This document shows positions 59,292 to 64,000 of a stretch of 64,000 bases of DNA, piece after piece. This stretch comes from an uncultured Hyphomicrobiaceae bacterium (GTDB lineage: Bacteria > Pseudomonadota > Alphaproteobacteria > Rhizobiales > Hyphomicrobiaceae). The notes beneath the pieces are model-generated. The model was not told the origin of the DNA and did no database searches. It saw nothing but the letters and a program-made list of their open reading frames with translations. Position 1 is the first letter of the stretch, and every line of letters starts with the position of its first letter. The DNA is taken from positions 31,594-95,593 of the forward strand of contig CAYMEB010000001.1 of the NCBI GenBank assembly GCA_964389095.1, written 5' to 3'. The position numbers were made by a program, and so were the translations under genes.

Positions 59292-60257
59292 CTAGCCGGC
59301 CGATCGGCCCGGGCGAGCGGCCTGCCGGCGCTGATCTTGGCAGTGAGGGAGGCGGCTGCCGTCGGCTTTCGCGGTCCACATCGGATCGTCGTCGCCCAGC
59401 CGTTCGGCGAGCACGAGGCCGGCTCTGTCTCCATCGCACCAGCGTATCGCCGCAGCCATCTGCCTGCCGTCCGGCAGCACGACCGTGACGCGGCTGCCTT
59501 CCGGTGCGACCAGCCCCAGCTTCACCAGCAGTCCTTTGGATGACAGATTTTCGATCACTGCCTTGAAAGAGGACAAGCCGAGTTTGATCGTGATCGGCAG
59601 GGCAATTCGGCGTCGCCGATCACGGCGCCTTTCCGCCCAGCCCGGCATCGAGAAGCGGCCCTGGTCGTCGATGCACGGGCTGCGTCCTGCCGCTGCCTGC
59701 TCGAGTAGTGCGACGACCTGGGCCTCGTGCGGCGGTGCTGCGACGACGCCGGCTTCGCTCATCGTCCGGCTCACGAGCGCTAGGAAGTCCGCAAGCAGGG
59801 AACACGATCGGCACCAGGCATCGGCAACGACCTCCGTCGTGAAGGTCGCATGCCCGCCGGATGTACCTGCTTCTGCCGTATGAGCCGCCGTGAGCTGGCT
59901 CACGAACAGCAACCGGGCGCGTACCGCGAGCCAGAGTTGGTGGAGCTCGAAGAACGTCTCGTTGGCGGCCAGTCGGCCGACCTGCGCATCTATCGATGCC
60001 GTGAAGCTCGGCGTGAGCACCGGCGGCTTTGCCGACGCGGGTCTGCCGGGATCGTCGGCATTGCGATTTGCCAACGATGTCACGGCGGCAGCCAGCGCCG
60101 CGGCACGCGATGTCTCGGCTCGAAGCAGGGCCAGAACGCGCAGATCCTCCGAGGCCACGGCGATCCTGGCGCGATCGGTGCGGTTCTGCAGGCGGCGCGC
60201 GCGGCCCGCCTCGTAGTCTTTCAACTCCTCGATCAAGCCCTCTAGGAAGGGGGTCAC
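59292..60257 (-). CDS. PilZ domain protein with uncharacterised helical N-terminal region
   Basis: C-terminal PilZ motifs RRRDRRRR (RxxxR) and ENLSSKG ((D/N)xSxxG). Proposed GTG start at 60257 (GGAG-N8-GTG). The ORF upstream to 60491 is Arg/Cys-rich, lower in G+C and looks non-coding. Confidence 0.6.
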   Translation of the reverse strand: MTPFLEGLIEELKDYEAGRARRLQNRTDRARIAVASEDLRVLALLRAETSRAAALAAAVTSLANRNADDPGRPASAKPPVLTPSFTASIDAQVGRLAANETFFELHQLWLAVRARLLFVSQLTAAHTAEAGTSGGHATFTTEVVADAWCRSCSLLADFLALVSRTMSEAGVVAAPPHEAQVVALLEQAAAGRSPCIDDQGRFSMPGWAERRRDRRRRIALPITIKLGLSSFKAVIENLSSKGLLVKLGLVAPEGSRVTVVLPDGRQMAAAIRWCDGDRAGLVLAERLGDDDPMWTAKADGSRLPHCQDQRRQAARPGRSAG

Positions 60258-60580
60258 GACGCGCACTCCAGATGTCGCCCGACACAGCCGGGCAGAGGTC
60301 AGCACTGCTCGGGCCTGCCTTGGGTCTAACACTGCAGTTTCTGAAGAGCCGTTCTCCGCCGCTCGTGGGTTCGAGGTGAAATTGCAGAAAGGTTTGCAGA
60401 TCGTGTTTGCTCTCCGGTGTGCTTTCCGGCGCCTCATCCGAACGCTGAGATGTTCGCGCAACTTCGCGTCAAGTCTGCCGTCGTTACACAACGGACTGGC
60501 GTGAAATCGAACTTAAGAACCTCAGCGCAGCCGGCCAATCGTCTGCGGGCGGATGACAATGATCACAGTAGAGGAACCAC

Positions 60581-62077
60581 ATGAATACCTTGAAGGGTAC
60601 CAGGCATGCCGATGCGTTGACGGGGGTCAGCGGTGACAACACGATCTACGGGTTGGGGGGCGACGACGCTCTCGTTGGAGCGAATGGGGGCGGCGAGTTG
60701 CTGGACGGCGGCAGCTTCGAGAGCGCGAAGATCGCCGCCGGGAAGTGGGGCACCGTCAAAACCGTCGGCGGCTGGCAGACCGACACCTCGATCGAGATCT
60801 GGGGAAAAGGCTTCCTCGGCGTTGCCGCGACCGATGGCGAGAAGGTGATGGAGCTGGACAGCGACAAGCGCTTCAGCCGCGTCTGGCAGGACGTCGCCAC
60901 CGAAAAAGGGGCGACCTACGACTTCTCGTTCGATTTCGCCGCGCGCGGCGGCACCAAGCTCGCGACCAACTCGATCGAGGTCTACTGGAACGACAAGCTC
61001 ATGGGCACCTTCGATCCTTTGGGCACAGCGTGGCAGAAAGCGGCGCTTCAACTTGTCGGCACCGGCGGAACGGATCGAATCGAGTTCCGCGAGCAGGCCA
61101 GTGACAACGACAGCCTCGGCGGGCTGATCGACAACGTCTCGCTGAAGGCGGCCGGAGCCGGCGCCGATGCGATCTTCGGCGGCAAGGGCAACGACAGCAT
61201 CGATGGGCTCGGTGGCGACGATGTGCTCTACGGCGGCTCCAAGCCGTCCGGACGCCTGCCGACCAAGGAAGCCTCTCCTGGCGATACCGACGACGATGTC
61301 ATCCGGGCGGGTGACGGCAACGATGTCGCCTTCGGCAACAATGGCAACGACATGCTCGACGGCGGAAGCGGGCACGACACGCTCTACGGCGATCGCGGCG
61401 GCGACGCTCTCTACGGCGGCTCCGGCAATGACAGGCTGTACGGCGATAGCGGCGACGACGTGCTCGCGGACGGCAGCGGCGACGACGCCGTGTCCGGCGG
61501 TTCGGGCGACGATCGATTGATCGCCGGTACCGGCAACGATCGCTACGCCGGAGGAACCGGGCTCGACACGCTCTCGTTCGAGGAGGCCCGCAATGGCGTG
61601 AAGGTCGACCTCTCCAAACACGTCGCCACCGGCATGGGCAACGACAGCATCCGCGGCATCGAGCGCGTGGAAGGCTCGATGTTCGACGACGTGCTCAAGG
61701 GCAACAAGCACGACGACACGCTCATCGGCGGCGACGGCGACGACGTACTGCGTGGCCTCGGCGGCGCGGACGTGCTGAGCGGCGGCCGCGGCTCTGACAC
61801 CTTCGTGTGGCGCGTCGCCGACCTGAAGGGGGCCTACGAGCGCGGAGAGGTCGATCGCGTCGTCGATTTCTCCAAGGAGGATCGTCTCGATCTGCGGGAA
61901 CTGGCCGCCGGCATGTCGGTCGATGAGCTGTTGGAGCGCTTCGTCGTCAAGGACGACGGGCATGACGCGCACCTCTACCTCGATCTCGGCGACGGTCATC
62001 GCGAGATCGCGGTGCTCGAAGACTTTGCGGGCTATTCCGCCAAGGACATGCTGGCCGACGGCATGCTGATCGCCTGA
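60581..62077 (+). CDS. RTX-type calcium-binding secreted protein with internal lectin/jelly-roll-like domain and T1SS C-terminal signal
   Basis: More than a dozen GGxGxD nonapeptide repeats. Inserted domain LLDGGSFES...GGWQTD...IEIWGKG...MELDS...[11 protein letters not shown]...NVSL. C-terminal ...[17 protein letters not shown]... type I target-like tail. GAGGAA SD. Confidence 0.88.
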   Translation: MNTLKGTRHADALTGVSGDNTIYGLGGDDALVGANGGGELLDGGSFESAKIAAGKWGTVKTVGGWQTDTSIEIWGKGFLGVAATDGEKVMELDSDKRFSRVWQDVATEKGATYDFSFDFAARGGTKLATNSIEVYWNDKLMGTFDPLGTAWQKAALQLVGTGGTDRIEFREQASDNDSLGGLIDNVSLKAAGAGADAIFGGKGNDSIDGLGGDDVLYGGSKPSGRLPTKEASPGDTDDDVIRAGDGNDVAFGNNGNDMLDGGSGHDTLYGDRGGDALYGGSGNDRLYGDSGDDVLADGSGDDAVSGGSGDDRLIAGTGNDRYAGGTGLDTLSFEEARNGVKVDLSKHVATGMGNDSIRGIERVEGSMFDDVLKGNKHDDTLIGGDGDDVLRGLGGADVLSGGRGSDTFVWRVADLKGAYERGEVDRVVDFSKEDRLDLRELAAGMSVDELLERFVVKDDGHDAHLYLDLGDGHREIAVLEDFAGYSAKDMLADGMLIA

Positions 62078-62116
62078 GCCACAGCAAGCCCGGCGGCCGT
62101 CACGGCGCCGCCGGAT

Positions 62117-63625
62117 TCATCTGCCCGCCGGCGGCACGATCGCATAGCCGATCTCCACGCTGCCGCCGCGGGCAGGGACGCGCAGCGACCGGCGCGGACG
62201 ATCCGCGATCAATGTCGCGAGTTCGGGTGAGGGGGGGCCGCGTTGGGCGTCCCAGACCACGAGTGCGCCGTGACGGCGCAGTCCATCGGGGCCTCCGATC
62301 CAGGGTGAGCGGTCGAAGCGGCCATCGGTGAGGATCGACGGTCGGTCGGAATTGCCCAGCAGCGTGAGGCCGGCAACCCAGGTTTCTCCGGCGACGATGC
62401 GCAGCGGCGCGGGCGTGGCTTTCGTCCAGGCCTCCGCGAGCAAGCTGGAGATCGTCGCCTGCGGCCAGTTCACGCGCGTGACACGGCCGTCGCGAACGCG
62501 GGAGAACAGATTGGCGCCGTAGCCGACTGCCAGGACGCAGGCCGCGAGGATCGACACGCGCGCCACGCGGCCCAGGCTGCCCGGGGTAAACAGTCGATGC
62601 CAGGTGAGCGCGACGACCAGCAGGGCGAGCCCTGGGATCAGCGGCGCTCCCCACATGGTGCGCAGGCCGTGGCGGCGCAGGAGAGCTGAGGCGAGGAAGA
62701 TCGCAAGAGGCGTCACCGTCGCGACGATCAGGAAGCGTACCGCGCGCTGGTCGATCGCGTTCCATGCGCCCTCCGGCGTCGCGGGCCGGCGTCGAAGCCA
62801 GGCCAGACCGATCAAGGCGATCGCAGCGGGAACAGCCAACAAGGACAGAAGGCGCAGTACGAAGGTCGCAGCCGCATTGCCCCGTCCGGAGCCACGCTCG
62901 CGCGCGTAGTCCAGGATCTGCCAGCCGGCCCCGTCGAGCGCGAGGTAGAGCGGCGTGAGCACGATCACGGACAGCACCGCCCCGAGCCACGGCCACGGCG
63001 ACGCGAGGCGTGCCCTCGCCGCCGGGTCGGAGAGCAGCCATACACCGATGCCGGCCAGAACCGCCGCGTGCAGCAGTCTCGTGTACAGACCGAGTGCGGC
63101 GATCACGCCCAATGCCAGCCAAGCAAACGGCCTGCCGTCCCTCACGGCCAGCCAGGCCAGCAGCAGCGCGCCGCAGACGAAGGGGAGCTGGAGGGAAGTG
63201 TGGTTGAGTGAAGGCGACATCCAGGAGAGGGGCTCGACGCCGACCATCACGATGGCGGCGACGGCGCCGCGCTCCGCCCCCAGCAACTCCCGGCCGAGGA
63301 GGTAGGTGAGCCAGAGCGTGGCCGCAGTGACGACCTGCGCGACGAGGTAAACCGGCCAGCCGATGCCGCCGAGCGTGATCACTCGCGACGCCTCGATCAG
63401 CCAGGATGGCATGGCGGGGTGCTTGTAGGTCGCCAGCGGCCATTCCCGGCCCCAGGTGTAGCCCTCTACGACGTCCAGCGGCGGGGCGTGATGCAGCACA
63501 GTGGGGACCAGAAACCAGATCAGGGCATTGGCCCCGATGACGGTCCAGACGACCCTGTCGATGCCGGCCTGCGCGGCTTGGCCGCCGGCGAACTGGGATG
63601 TCGGTTCGGGCTCGGGTCTTATCAT
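62117..63625 (-). CDS. Glycosyltransferase family 39 / ArnT-like integral membrane glycosyltransferase
   Basis: About 11 TM helices with the DxxEGYxWGRE-type first periplasmic loop (PLDVVEGYTWGREW). AGGAGA SD before M60 of ORF 62117..63802. Confidence 0.78.
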   Translation of the reverse strand: MIRPEPEPTSQFAGGQAAQAGIDRVVWTVIGANALIWFLVPTVLHHAPPLDVVEGYTWGREWPLATYKHPAMPSWLIEASRVITLGGIGWPVYLVAQVVTAATLWLTYLLGRELLGAERGAVAAIVMVGVEPLSWMSPSLNHTSLQLPFVCGALLLAWLAVRDGRPFAWLALGVIAALGLYTRLLHAAVLAGIGVWLLSDPAARARLASPWPWLGAVLSVIVLTPLYLALDGAGWQILDYARERGSGRGNAAATFVLRLLSLLAVPAAIALIGLAWLRRRPATPEGAWNAIDQRAVRFLIVATVTPLAIFLASALLRRHGLRTMWGAPLIPGLALLVVALTWHRLFTPGSLGRVARVSILAACVLAVGYGANLFSRVRDGRVTRVNWPQATISSLLAEAWTKATPAPLRIVAGETWVAGLTLLGNSDRPSILTDGRFDRSPWIGGPDGLRRHGALVVWDAQRGPPSPELATLIADRPRRSLRVPARGGSVEIGYAIVPPAGR

Positions 63626-64000
63626 CGCGCTCTCCTGCCGGGAGTTCCAACAGAACTGGCCGCCGACGGCAAGGTGGCGGCGGGCCTGGAAGGATGGCGA
63701 CGCCCCTTCTCCCCCCGGTGCCTGAGCGACCGTGGTCCCGAACACGCCGGGCGTTTGCCCGCCTGCGGCTCGGCGTCGGCGGTCTTTGGGCCCGTCGGAC
63801 AACTCTTTGACGCCTTGAACCCGGAGGCGTCATGGGATTGGCCTGATTTCGGCCCTACATGTCGGGGTGGCGGCCGTGCTAGGGACGGGCCGTGTGGTGC
63901 GGGCGTCCTGGGCGGACGGGCAGGCCGGGACGGAGCGGAGGCGCGAGCGGACGTGGCTAGGCTTTTGGCAGTGCGGCCGATGGCGCGCCGCTTCATCGGC

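Noticed and set aside
63622-63996. 124-aa minus-strand ORF at the right edge of the window.
   Set aside because: Composition is extremely Arg/Pro/Ala/Ser-rich and there is no SD. The region is more likely intergenic or promoter DNA of the GT39 gene. It cannot be resolved at the window edge.

Overview
This is a GC-rich chromosomal segment, roughly two-thirds G+C by eye. Spot-checked coding lines were 36/60 and 47/60 G+C. Gene content and order look alphaproteobacterial: a fused ispDF, dusB-ntrB-ntrC, a degP-RR-HK-glnE chain, hpt next to a CpdR-like regulator, and serA-serC. That taxonomic placement is an inference, not a database result. I call about 59 densely packed protein-coding genes. Many junctions overlap by 4-11 nt, and many true starts lie well inside the listed ORFs because high G+C suppresses stop codons. 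I recognised no rRNA, tRNA, CRISPR array, transposase, integrase or phage gene, and I could support only two intrinsic terminators. Most of the window is ordinary core genome: nitrogen regulation, serine, CTP and isoprenoid biosynthesis, transporters, two-component systems and redox enzymes. Four stretches deserve a second look. (1) 17.0-25.1 kb is a contiguous envelope-surveillance cluster: an OmpR/HK pair with DegP, a secreted S1 protease fused to a peptidoglycan-binding domain, a membrane-anchored four-EF-hand protein, and an ECF sigma/anti-sigma/CpxP-like sensor trio. (2) 30.9-32.5 kb is where the usual ntrYX position after ntrC is occupied by an HvrA-like H-NS gene, a 0.7 kb AT-rich tract with little coding, and a 12.8% methionine protein. 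(3) 59.3-63.6 kb holds a PilZ protein with an uncharacterised N-terminal region, a divergent lectin-like RTX protein with no secretion genes nearby, and a GT39-type glycosyltransferase. (4) 10.7-12.7 kb is a secreted VWA protein carrying five roughly 80-aa repeats. None of these can be shown to be a new system from sequence alone, so my interest scores are moderate.
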